A stretch of 62,244 bases of DNA, counting the filler, from Malassezia furfur (lineage: Eukaryota): the NCBI GenBank assembly GCA_052055015.1. It is 24 parts of 24 records of this genome, joined end to end, with 100 filler letters (N's around TTAATTAATTAA, not from the genome) between each part and the next. Parts side by side here need not be neighbours in the genome. Positions count along the whole stretch, not along the records: positions 36,653 to 39,146 come from JBQJIT010000904.1; positions 39,247 to 41,740 come from JBQJIT010000905.1; positions 41,841 to 44,321 come from JBQJIT010000906.1; positions 44,422 to 46,899 come from JBQJIT010000907.1; positions 47,000 to 49,476 come from JBQJIT010000908.1; 19 more parts are not named here. One strand, 5' to 3'. Shown here in pieces: positions 36,653-47,316 of the stretch. The first letter of the stretch is position 1. Every line of letters starts with the position of its first letter. Made by a program: the position numbers and the translations under genes. Under the pieces are notes generated by a model. It did not search any database. It had not been told where the DNA came from and saw nothing but the letters and a program-made list of their open reading frames with translations.

Positions 36653-37225
36653 CGCCGGCGTCGCCCGCGTCGCCCGCGTCGCCGGCGAGGCCCGCGCGGC
36701 CGATGAACCCCGAGCTGCGGGCGCTGCACGACGCGGTGCATACGCGCGTCGGTGCGCGGCGCGCCGAGCTGCGCGACACGCTCACGACCGCGAACGCGCA
36801 GCTGCGCGACCTGCTCGCCGATCTGCAGCAGGGGCGCCCCGCGATTGACGACGAGATGCACCGTCTCGAGGCGGTGCAGGCCGTGTGCCGTACGCATACG
36901 GCGCACCTCGCCGAGACGATGCGCTCCGCACAGCACCGCATCGACACGCTGCAGCGGCGGCCGGACCCGCACGTCGATGAGATGCTCGTCGCGACGAGCC
37001 TCGTGGAGAACCAGTACGTGGCGCACTGACTGACCCAGACTCCTGCAGCTGCGCGCCGAAGACGCCGCACTCGAAGATACCATGTACCAGCTCGGGCGTG
37101 CGCTGCACGCCGAGCAGCTGTCGCTCGACCGCTTCATCAAGCAGACGCGCATGCTTGCGCGCGAGCAGTTCCTGCGCCGCGCGCTCGCCAAGAAGATCGA
37201 GGCGGGGCTATCCACAGCTACGTAG
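36653..37225 (+). CDS. VPS23: ESCRT-I subunit Vps23/TSG101, C-terminal fragment
   Basis: Steadiness box AEDAALEDTMYQLGRAL..FIKQTRMLAREQFLRRAL. 25-nt intron at 37014-37038. Confidence 0.88.
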
Positions 37226-37876
37226 ACGTCGCAAACGCGAGCGCGGCGGGCGAGCTCTGTGTGTCAGGCGCGCACGTACCTCGACGGGCTTCACGCCCAC
37301 GGACGACAGCGCCAGGCGGCCGTCGCGCACGACAAAGTGGCTGCGTCAGCAAGCGACGTACCTCCGCTTGGTGCTCGAAGCGACGCCGGTCAGCGGCGCA
37401 ATCAGCACGCGCTCAGGGTCGCTCAGCAGGCGGTACGCGAGCCCGAGCTTTGTCGCCCACGTCTTTTGCGCGCGCGGCATATCGCTCGATAGGCCATACA
37501 CGGCGAAGCCCGCGTCCGTCCACCGCTGGTACTCGTCGCGGTACGTCTGTGCCTGCTTGGTGCAGCCGGGCGTGTTGGCGCGGGGGTACGTGAACAGGAC
37601 GGCGTTCGTGAGCGACGCGACGTGCACCGGCTCGCCGTCCTGGTCGAGCAGCGTGACGTCGGGGAGCGCGGCGCCCACCGCGAGGGGTCCGGCGGCCTTG
37701 GCGGGCGCTTCCGCAGGCTTGGCGGCGGCCTTGGCGGGCGCGTCCGCAGGGGACTGGGCGGGCGCATCCGGCGCGGGCTCTCCGCTCTTGTCTTCCCCCT
37801 TGGCGCGCTTCGGCGGCGCAGCAGGCTCGGGCGCGGCGCGCTTCGCAAGACGCTGGGAACGGCGGCCTTCCGACAT
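37218..37876 (-). CDS. DOT5: BCP/PrxQ peroxiredoxin, Dot5-like
   Basis: YPRANTPGCTKQ, LLSDP and KRSHFV. Introns 37341-37361 (21 nt, in-frame TGA) and 37257-37279 (23 nt). Confidence 0.9.
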
Positions 37877-38076
37877 GGTGGCCTCCACACTGCGGGGCAG
37901 GAGCGGCGCGGGAGGCTTGGGCGCCCGCGCACGGCCCGGCGGCGCGGCGGCACACGCACCGCACAGCGGCGGCGCACCACACCGGCGGACACACTGCGCG
38001 GCGCAGAGCGGCGGCGTGCCGAGCCTGCCCCTGTTGCACGCGCGGCATACCGCCGTAGATGGCTGTGCGACTACGT

Positions 38077-38400
38077 CTACAGACTGGCGCCCCCACGGAG
38101 CGAGAGCACGAGCTGCGTTAGCCGACGACGTACGTGGAGCACGGAGCCGCCCTCGATGCCAAAGTCCTTGACGGTCTTTTCGTCGTTCCTGCGTCAGCCA
38201 CGCACGCACATCTGCTTGCCGCCGAAAATGAGGCGCTGCTGTGCGGGCGGAATCCCCTCCTTTTCCTCGACACGCTCCTTGATGCGCGTGATCTGCGTGA
38301 GCGGGCGGCGTACCTTGTCGGTCGCGTCGACGTCGAGCTCGATTTCTGCGTGAGGCACACACGTACCCTTGCCGGTGAGCGTCTTGACTTTGATGAGCAT
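38077..38400 (-). CDS. NEDD8: Ubiquitin-like protein NEDD8/Rub1 precursor
   Basis: Five exons and four 21-nt introns. The spliced product [16 protein letters not shown]...[14 protein letters not shown] has GG at residues 75-76. Confidence 0.96.
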
Positions 38401-38447
38401 CGTCGGTGGAGGCGGCGGCACGTGCGGCTTCGGCGCTTCCCCACACG

Positions 38448-39146
38448 ATGCACCTCCTGCCGCGCGAACGCGATAAGCTCGCGCTGCGCACCGCGGGCGT
38501 CCTCGCGCAGCACCGGCTCGCGCGCGGCATCCGCCTGAACGCCGCCGAGGCGATCGCGCTCCTCTCGACCGTGCTGCTCGAGCGCATCCGCGACGGGGCG
38601 TCGTCGGTGTCGGAGCTGATGCAGTACGGCAAGACGCTCCTCGGCTTCCGGCATGTGCGCCCCGGCGTCGCGCACCTGCTGCACGAGGTGATGGTCGAGG
38701 GCACGTTCCGCGACGGCACGTTTCTCGGTACGTGAATGCCTCACGACGCAGTGACGCTCGTCGACCCGATCTGCACGCCGGACGGCGACCTGCGCGGCGC
38801 GCTGTACGGCGCGGGCGTCGCCGTGCCGCCCGCCGACACCTTCCCGCCGGTCGCGACGCCCGAGGGGCCCGTGCCCGGCGAGGTCGTCGCGGCGGACGCG
38901 CCGCCGATCGTGCTCTTCCCCACGCGCGCCCGCATCCAGGTCACCATGACGAACACGGGCGACCGGGCGATCCAGGTCGGCTCGCACTTCCCCCTGCCGC
39001 GCGTCAACGCGGCGCTCGTGTTCCCCCGCGAGCTCGCGGCCGGGCGCAAGCTCGACATCGCCGCAGGCACCGCGATCCGCTTCGAGCCGGGCGACGCCAA
39101 GACGGTGACGCTCGTCGACGGCGCGGCGCGGCACGGCGCGGCGCGT
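38448..39146 (+). CDS. URE1: Urease, fused gamma-beta regions (3' truncated)
   Basis: [44 protein letters not shown] and [11 protein letters not shown]. 24-nt intron at 38728-38751. Confidence 0.95.
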
Positions 39147-39268
39147 NNNNNNNNNNNNNNNNNNNNNNNNNNNNNNNNNNNNNNNNNNNNTTAATTAATT
39201 AANNNNNNNNNNNNNNNNNNNNNNNNNNNNNNNNNNNNNNNNNNNNGGCGCACGGGGCGCATACGTAC

Positions 39269-41733
39269 CTCGAGGAACTCGCGCTCGAGCAGCGCCTCGA
39301 TGCGCTTCTTGATCAGCGCAGGCGTCGGCTGGAAGCGCGGCAGGAGCTGGCGCACCACCTCGTTGACCAGCTCGTTGTGCGCAAGCGTCTTGCGGCTCTT
39401 CATCACGCGCACGATGCACGCGTCCACCTGATTCTTGCGTTCCTCCTCGACCTTGGCCGTGGTCTCCTTGCGCTCCGTCGGCGTCTCAACCTTGGCAGCC
39501 ACCTGCGCAATCTTGATGCGCGCCAGCGGGCATGTAAACGCCGTGTGAAAGTAGAAGTGGTCCGTAGGCAACACGTCGCGCCCGCGCGGCTCCTTGCGCA
39601 GCACCTTGTACTTGGCACACGCGAGGCTCTGCAGCGTACGCTGCAGGTCCGCGTCGCCAATCTGCGTGCGCTGTTGCAAATCTGCGTAGCTGAGCGCCGT
39701 GTCGTCGGGCACGTCGGCAAACTGCAGCAGCACGAGCAGCGCGTACGTCGACACCACCAGCTCGTGCGTACGTGCGGCAAAGCGCACACGTACCTCGGCA
39801 GAGCCGAGTTGCGGCTGCCATGTCAGCACACGCCCGCGGTGCCGCGTGTGGTAGTACGCCTCGAACGCCGCGCACGCCTCGCGCAGCGCCTCGGGCCACA
39901 CGACCGGCGTCGCGGGCGCGCTCACCGGCCAATAAATGGCGGTGAGTACGTTGACGTGCATCGCAAACGGCAGCGTGCGCTGCTCGCGCGCGAGTGCGTT
40001 CTGGAACGCAGCGAGCGTCTCGTGCGAGAGCTTCATGTCGTTCAACATGCCCTGCAGCTTCTGCACGTAGCCGTGTCCGCACTCGACCTTGAGCTTGGCG
40101 ATCATGCCACGCTCCGCGTCATCGGACACCGAGCGACCGTGCAGCAGGCGGCGCGTGAGGTGCAGCTTGTAGTAGCGCTCGAACAGGTCCTTTTCGTGCA
40201 CGAAGCGGAAGACGGTGATAGTCTTGTGCAGCACCGCATCCATCTCGGCATCGGAGATCGCCTTGGCGCCGCGCTTCAAATGCTCGTCGATGTACAGCGA
40301 GATGAACTCGGGCGCGCGGGGGTTCATGTTGATGAATGAGTCAAATGCCTCGTTGATCGCCGCCTCGCACGCCTTGTCGTGGTGGAAGCTCGAGGCAAGC
40401 ACCTCGTCAAAGCGCGTCTTGAACGCGAGCACATCGTCAACCCACGCCATCGCGCGCTCTGCACTCGGCGCGGCATGCGCGGCGTCGTTGATCGCACGCC
40501 CGCGCTCCGTGGCATACGCACGCATCGCCTTGTTCATCACGCCAAGGCCCGTCGGGACGAGCTGCACGAGACGGTACATGCGCTCCAGCTCCGCGCGACG
40601 GTCCGATTCGAGCAGCGCGACGACGCCGCCGTTGGGCATGCCGACCACCGCCTCCAGCGGGTCCGAGAGCAGGTGGCGCTCGAGCGTCGCGCGCAGCGCG
40701 GGCAGCGTCGCGCTGCTCAGGCACGCCGCAACGCGCGCCGCCTCGTCGTTGAGCCGTCGCTCGGCCTGCTCGAGGTAGAACGTGGCGTCCTGCGCGGCAA
40801 GCAGGCGCACCGACTCGGCGCGGTAGTACTCGGCCGTGCTCGCAAGGAAGAGCGGCGCAAAGGCCGCCTCGTACACGGTGCGCCGTGCCGCGTCGGGCAC
40901 GCCGGGCGCCGCGGGCTGCGTCAGCGAGAGCAACATGTCCGCGACACTCTTGAGCGTGCGTCGCTCAACGGACGCGCCCTGCCGCTCACAAAAGACGTGG
41001 CGCAGCAGCGTGACAAGCAGGTTGGCGAGCATCGGCGCGCGCTCCGAGCGCACCACCGTGTCGCGGAACACGTCGAGGCCCATGTCCCAGATGGGCTGCG
41101 CATGTCGGTTCGGCACATACACGCGGTCCTGCCTGTGAGTGGTGTGGCGGACGTACCACGTATTTCAGCACGTCGCGCAGCTTGCCCATGCATGCACAGT
41201 GGTCGTCCCATACGCTCGTCAGCGCGCCGAGGAAGCGCTCGCCCGCGGGGATGCTCGCGAGGATCGCAGGCGTCTCGGGGCTATCTGGCAACACGCCCAG
41301 TACCGCTGCGAGCGATGCGTCGTTGCCCGGGGCACGCGCGGCGTCGCATGCGTCCTGCGCGCGGCGCGCCGACGCGGCGTCGAGCGGGAAGAGCGGCACG
41401 AGCTGCTCGACGACCTGGCGCGCGAGGTGTTCGGCGACCTGCTTGCGCACGCCCGTATACAACATATCACCCTGCTGGTTCTGTGGTCAGCAACGAAAGC
41501 GGGTGACGCACGAGGATCAGGTTGTACGCATAGCGGTAGTGCTCTTCGTAGCTCAGCTGCGAAATGTTGTGCAACTGGATCTGCTTGATGGCGACCAGCA
41601 GGCGCGCCCACATATCGTCGACGGACAGCGTGAGGCCATGCTGCGTGTGAGTGTGTGTGCGACGTACACTGCGCGGCGCCCGCAACCGCTGGCTCCGCAC
41701 GCCGACGCGGCGCGACTGCCCCGCGGCGCTCAT
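39269..41733 (-). CDS. CUL3: Cullin-3 (last exon missing)
   Basis: LSYEEHYRYAYNL, PEFISLYID, EKDLFERYYK and ACIVRVMKSRK neddylation motif. Introns 41641-41667, 41481-41511 and 41129-41156, with a further donor at 39268. Confidence 0.93.
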
Positions 41734-41840
41734 CGTGGTGNNNNNNNNNNNNNNNNNNNNNNNNNNNNNNNNNNNNNNNNNNNNTTAATTAATTAANNNN
41801 NNNNNNNNNNNNNNNNNNNNNNNNNNNNNNNNNNNNNNNN

Positions 41841-43491
41841 TGTGTGAGTGGGTGGCGATGCGCGCATCGCGCGCCGCGCTCGACGGCGCGTGGTGGCGCG
41901 CGCTCGGCGGCTACCTGGCGCAGGAGATCGAGCGCGACTACCTCTCGGCAGACACGACGTCTTTTGTCAAGACGCTCGCGCAGATGCTCGGCGTGGGCGT
42001 GCTGGACGACGTTGCGCCGCTGGTCGATAGCCTCGTGGCCGAGCGTGACCGGCACAAGCACCGCGCGGCCGCCGAGCTCGTGGGCGGTGTCATCCGCGGC
42101 GCCAAGCACTGGCCACTCGCGGACCAGGCGCGGCTGTGGCGCTGGTGCGACGCGTGGATGCCGCGCGTGCTCACCACCAGCACGCCGGACTCGCAGCCGT
42201 CGTGGCAGATGTGCGTCGAGTACGTGTACAAGCAGCGCGACCCGCGGCGCGCGCGCAGCCTGCTCGTGTTTGTCGTGGAGCACGCGGCGTCGAGCTTGGC
42301 GTCGGCGCGCAACAGCCCCCTCGAGCAGGCGCACGCGCAGCTGCTGCTCGCCGGCGCGCTGCGCTCGCTCGAGCACAAGTTTGACGCGTGGGGCGCCGAC
42401 GCGGTGCGTGCGCGGTGCTTTGCGCACTTCGGGCACGACTACCAGGAGGTGCGCAAGGCGCTCGCCGAGAACCTCGTCGAGCTCGAGTACGCGCATGCCG
42501 TGCCCGCGTTTGCGAGCGTCGACGCGTTCCTCGACGCGGGGCGCACCGCGTCCGGCTCGCTGCTGGCGCACGATGCCGGCGTGAAGGCGCGGTGCGCGCA
42601 GCTGTCCAAGGAGCTGGGGGTGTGGCGCGGGGAGCGTGTCCCGAGCGCGCTCGGCACCTCGCTGTACGACCGCGCGGCGATGACCGGCGCGGTGTGGGTG
42701 TCGCTGAGCTTGGACGACCACCGCCTCGGGCCGATGGGCACCGAGGTCGTGGCGCTCGTGCCGGACCTGTTTGCCATGTACCAGCTGCGCGACAACCCCG
42801 AGCTCGCGGCGATCGCCAAGTCGGTGCTGATCAAGGTAGCGTCCTACCCCTTTTCTGCGGCGCAGGCCGTGCCGCTCGTGCGCACGCTGCTCGCGCTCGC
42901 GCGCGACGCGCACGACTCGTGGCATGCGCGCCTCGACGCGCTGCCGCTGCTGCAGATCGTCTACTTCCAAAAGTACGTGGCGCGCACAACTGACCCAGCC
43001 TGTTCTACCTGCCACCGGACGTCGTCCAGGAGGTGTTCCACGTGCTGCTCGACCTGCTCGCCGACCGGCACCTCGAGGTGCGCGAGATGGCCGCGACGAC
43101 GCTCGCGGGCCTGGTCCGGTGCTCGCAGCGCTCGCTCGTGCACACGCTGCGCGCGCGCTTTGTGGCGCAGGTCGCGGCGCGCCCCGTGCCGCGCCGCGGG
43201 GCACCGCACTACGACGCCCAGCTGCTGGCGCTGCATGCGGCGCTGCTGGGCGCCACGGCGCTCGTGGCCGCGTTCCCGTACGAGGTGCCGGCGTGGATGC
43301 CCGACCTCGTGCTCGACACCATCGCGCCGCACTCGGACGACCCCGTGCCGATCAGCACCACGGTGCGCCACTGCGCCGCCGAGTTCCGGCGCACGCACCA
43401 GGACACGTGGGCCGAGGACCAGCGCCAGTTCGGCGACCGCGTCCAGGAGGTGAACGACTTTACACTGGGCCGTAGCGACTATTTCGTGTAG
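41841..43491 (+). CDS. BLM10: Proteasome activator Blm10/PA200, C-terminal fragment
   Basis: AAELVGGVIRGAKHW, EVREMAATTLAG, AFPYEVPAWMP, EFRRTHQDTW and terminal DYFV*. 26-nt intron at 42973-42998. Confidence 0.92.
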
Positions 43492-43506
43492 CGACGCAGC
43501 ACGGCC

Positions 43507-44321
43507 TCATGACGAGCACGACGGCAGGTGGCCCCGCAGCAGCGCGCCGATCTCGCCATAGCGCGCATCGTCCGCGCGCAGGTCGTCAAAGGGATGCGTA
43601 CAGAGCTGCGTAAGTGGGCGCGCACATACCTTGCGCACACGCTCGACCGTCGCGGTATCGTTGTGCTCCTCCAGGCGCTCGGCCACCTCGTCGGTGATCC
43701 AGTTGCGCAGCGTAAATGCGGGGTTTTTCTGCCGCATGCCTGCGGCGATGTCGGCCGCCGGCCGCCCCGCGGCGTCGAGCCACGTTGTGTAGCGCTCGAG
43801 CCATGCGCGCGCCGCCTCGACGTGTGCCGCGTCGTCCGAGGCGGCGGCGCCGTCGCGGTGCGCTGCGTGCGCCACCCACGCCTGCGCAAACGCGGCCAGC
43901 GACTCGGACGTGGTGGGGAAGGAGCACAGGTACCGCATCGCGCGCGTCATGTCGAGCCCGGCGAGCACCTCGGTGAGCGGGTCGATCAGCTCCGCCTTGT
44001 CGACCTCGGCGCCGCGCGACGCGACGCCCAGGCGGGCGCACCACGCCGCGGACCATGCGTCGAGCAGCACCTGCTGCAGCTCGGCGCGGATCGAGTCGGT
44101 ACACGCCTCCACCGCATGGTCGGCCCACTCCGCGCGCTCCTTGTCGCCGACGGCGAGCAGCTCGCCGGGCTGCGGCGCGCGGCCGTGGATGTGCTCGAAG
44201 CCGAGCACGGGCCCGAGCGCCTCGAGCAGCTTGTCGACGGCAAACAGCACCATGGTCGGCTGCAGTTTGTACGAGTAGCGGCCCAGCACGTCCGAGTGGT
44301 TGCACACCTGCTCCTCGTCAA
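43507..44321 (-). CDS. FMP40: SelO/Fmp40 protein adenylyltransferase, C-terminal fragment
   Basis: CNHSD..GRYSY..QP, MRQKNPAFTLRNW and terminal SCSS*. 24-nt intron at 43606-43629. Confidence 0.88.
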
Positions 44322-44421
44322 NNNNNNNNNNNNNNNNNNNNNNNNNNNNNNNNNNNNNNNNNNNNTTAATTAATTAANNNNNNNNNNNNNNNNNNNNNNN
44401 NNNNNNNNNNNNNNNNNNNNN

Positions 44422-44612
44422 GCTACCAGGGCACGGTGGTGCGCGACGAGTACACCTACGGCTCGGACCAGTCGATTGTCGTGGCGTTCGAGAACGACGT
44501 GCAGCTCGCGCACCGTGCGCAGCTGCACAAGCCGACGCGCGCGTCGCTTGCGCCCGGGTCGGCGCCGCGCCCCAGCGCGTCGCGTGCGCCGCGCCGCATC
44601 ACGCGTGGATAA
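44422..44612 (+). CDS. VID27: Vid27-like protein, C-terminal fragment
   Basis: YQGTVVRDEYTYGSDQSIVVAFENDV..KPTRASL resembles the Vid27 C-terminus (from memory). Confidence 0.65.
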
Positions 44613-44626
44613 ATAGCTATGGATAA

Positions 44627-46899
44627 TCACAGAAAGTTGAGTGCGGCCGCGAGCTTGTCGGCGGGGTCCGCGTCGAGGCGCGCCATCTCGATCTCCGACA
44701 GGAGCTTTTTGATGCCGATCGACAGGCGGCCCTCCTGCTCCAGGCCCGCGTGCGCGAGCAGCTGCAGGCAGCGCTGGCGCGCCGCGTCGTCCGCGAACAG
44801 CTGCGTCTCGCGCAGGACATGGTCGACGCTGCGCAGCGACGTGATGTTCGGCACGCGGATGTCGGCCAGGAACGCGTCGCCGAGGTCCATCTCGGTGAGC
44901 ATTGTCTTGTTCGACGTGGTGCCGAGCACAAGCAGGCGGCGGTCCTTGGGCGGCTGCTTGCCCAGCAGCACCGCCAGCGCCTGCAGCACCGGGTTCGAGA
45001 AGCGCGGGCCGATCGGGTTCCACTCGATGATCTTCTCGAGCGAGTCGAGCACGATGATGCTCAGCGGGCTCTTGTAGGCGTCGTTGAACACCTTGTGCAG
45101 GTACGCAATCTTGCCCGCCTCGTTCATGCCGACCATGTTCTCCGGCGCGACCAGCTTGATGAATGGGAAGTCGGACGCCATGGCGATCGTCGCCGCGAGC
45201 GCCGTCTTGCCCGAGCCCGCGGGGCCGTGCAGCAGCGCAGTGACGAGCGACGTGCGCGCCGACGTGCGCACCTGCTCGACACGCAGCTGGCCGTCGCGCA
45301 AAATCACGTCAATGTGCGGCGCATAGTGCATGATGCCGTTGCGCACCACCTGCTGCAGCTCCTCCTCGGCGACACCAAACGCGGGCTTCACCTCGTCGAG
45401 CGCACACAAGAAGTCTTCGCGGTTCACGCGCATGTTTTCGACGTCGTCCGAGATGCCCGCGACCGTGCCGACCTTGACGTGCCGGTTGAACGCAAAACTC
45501 GTCGCGCTCTTGACTAGGCCGGCGATCTCGGCACCGGAGAAGTTCTTCGTGAGCGCCGCCAGCTCCTCGAGGCGCACGTCGTGGTCCATGATGTCGTTCG
45601 CGCGCATCTTGGCCGTCTGGATGTTGAGGATCTGCAGCCGGCCGTGCTCGTCGGGCAGGCTGATCTCCATGTGCACCTCCAAGCGGCCGGGACGCAGGAG
45701 CGCCTCGTCGATCATGTCGAGGCGGTTCGTCATACCGATCAGCAGGATGTTGTTCAGCTGGTCGACGCCGTCCATCTTGGACAGCAGCTGGTTCACCACC
45801 GAGTCGCCGACGCCCGTGCCGCCGCTCGTCGAGCCACGCTGCTTGCAGATCGCATCGAGCTCGTCAAAGATGATGATGTGCAGGCCACTCTCGTCGCCCT
45901 TGGCCTTCTGCTCGGCCTCGGCCTCCGCAAACAGCTTGCGCACATTCTCCTCGCTCGCACCGACGTACTTGCTCAGGATCTCGGGGCCGTTGACCACCTT
46001 GGGCTCGCCGGCGTTGAGCATCTTGCCGATCTGCCGCGCCATGAGCGTTTTTCCCGTGCCGGGCGGGCCGTAGAGCAGCAGGCCCTTGACGTGCTGGATG
46101 CCGAGCTTGTCGACCAAGTCCGGCGGGAAGATGCGCGACGCAAACGCACGCCGGAAGATCGCACTGAACTCGCTGTCCAGACCGCCGATGCCCATGTCCT
46201 CAAACTTGAAGTTGGGCTGCAGGATCGCGTTGGTGCGCGGGCGCTTGCCGCTCGCCTTGAGCTGCATCGGGCTGTTCGGCGCCTTGATGAAGTTGATCTG
46301 CGTCTGCGGCGTGACGAGGCCCAGCTCACTGCCGGGCACCTGGTCCATCGACGCCAGGCCACGCACCGTCGCGCGCAAATTGTGCCCGTGGAACTCAAAG
46401 ACGAGGATCTGCCCCGGCGACAGGACGTGCGCGCTGAACGCCGTGAGGAAGGTCGCCTGCATCTCGTCGGCGTCAAACACATCCATCACAGCCATGCTCC
46501 GGCTCAAGAAGTCGAGCTCGAGATCGACACCGCCCAGGTACAGCGCCGAGCCAAACTGCTGTGGGTCGAACGCCTCGACGGTGACGTCCTGCCCCTCGGC
46601 GCTGAGCGCGGCCCACTGCCGCTGCAGCAGCGCGGTACCGATCGTGCGCGGCGCAATGGTGCGGGTGTTGTCGGCGCTGCGTTAGTGGGTGACGTACCGT
46701 GCCGTAAATGTATAGCGCCCGTTCACCACGACGTACTGCGTGTGCCCCCACTCCTCGGGGTTCAGAATCACGCAGTTGGTCGTGTTCAGCGACTGCGGCG
46801 CCTTGACGACACGCATCATGTGCGGCTGCCGCGACTCGGCGGTGCGTGGCGGCACGCCAGGCGCCGGGCGCGGGGGTAGCGGCGCCGGTGCGGCGGCCG
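44627..46899 (-). CDS. SEC18: Vesicle-fusing ATPase NSF/Sec18 (5' truncated)
   Basis: MGIGGLD, GPPGTGKT, IIIFDELDAICKQRG and D2 GPAGSGKT. 21-nt intron at 46677-46697 with an in-frame TAA. Confidence 0.96.
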
Positions 46900-46999
46900 N
46901 NNNNNNNNNNNNNNNNNNNNNNNNNNNNNNNNNNNNNNNNNNNTTAATTAATTAANNNNNNNNNNNNNNNNNNNNNNNNNNNNNNNNNNNNNNNNNNNN

Positions 47000-47137
47000 C
47001 GGTGGGGGTGCGCGCCGCGCGGCGCCGCCTACGGGCCCTGTGGCATGCAGGTAGGCCAGGAGCGCCGCGACGCTCGGCACCGTGAGTGCCGCGAGCGCGA
47101 GGCCGAGCACGCCCACGGCGAGCGCCATGCCAAGCAT
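47000..47137 (-). CDS. Hypothetical secreted or membrane protein, 5' fragment
   Basis: Hydrophobic N-terminus MLGMALAVGVLGLALAALTVPSVAALL, divergent from the lipase gene. Confidence 0.45.
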
Positions 47138-47316
47138 GGTCAGTGCTCGCGGCGACGTGCCGCGAGTGCGTCTGCTTTTTTGCGTCGGCCGAGCGTGCCA
47201 CACGTGACGCTGCAGTCAGAGGGGCAGCGCAACCCCACATTTCTCCTCGCGCCGGCGACGCGTTGGGAGTTTTTTGCGGCGCTGCTTGTCTCTGTCCACG
47301 GCAAGCGACGTGCACG

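Noticed and set aside
38448..39146. Urease as a possible bacterial horizontal transfer
   Set aside because: It has the fused eukaryotic subunit layout, a native-type intron and host-like codon usage.
43477..43491. Blm10 ending in DYFV rather than YYA
   Set aside because: It is a conservative aromatic change, and I cannot show it is unusual without an alignment.
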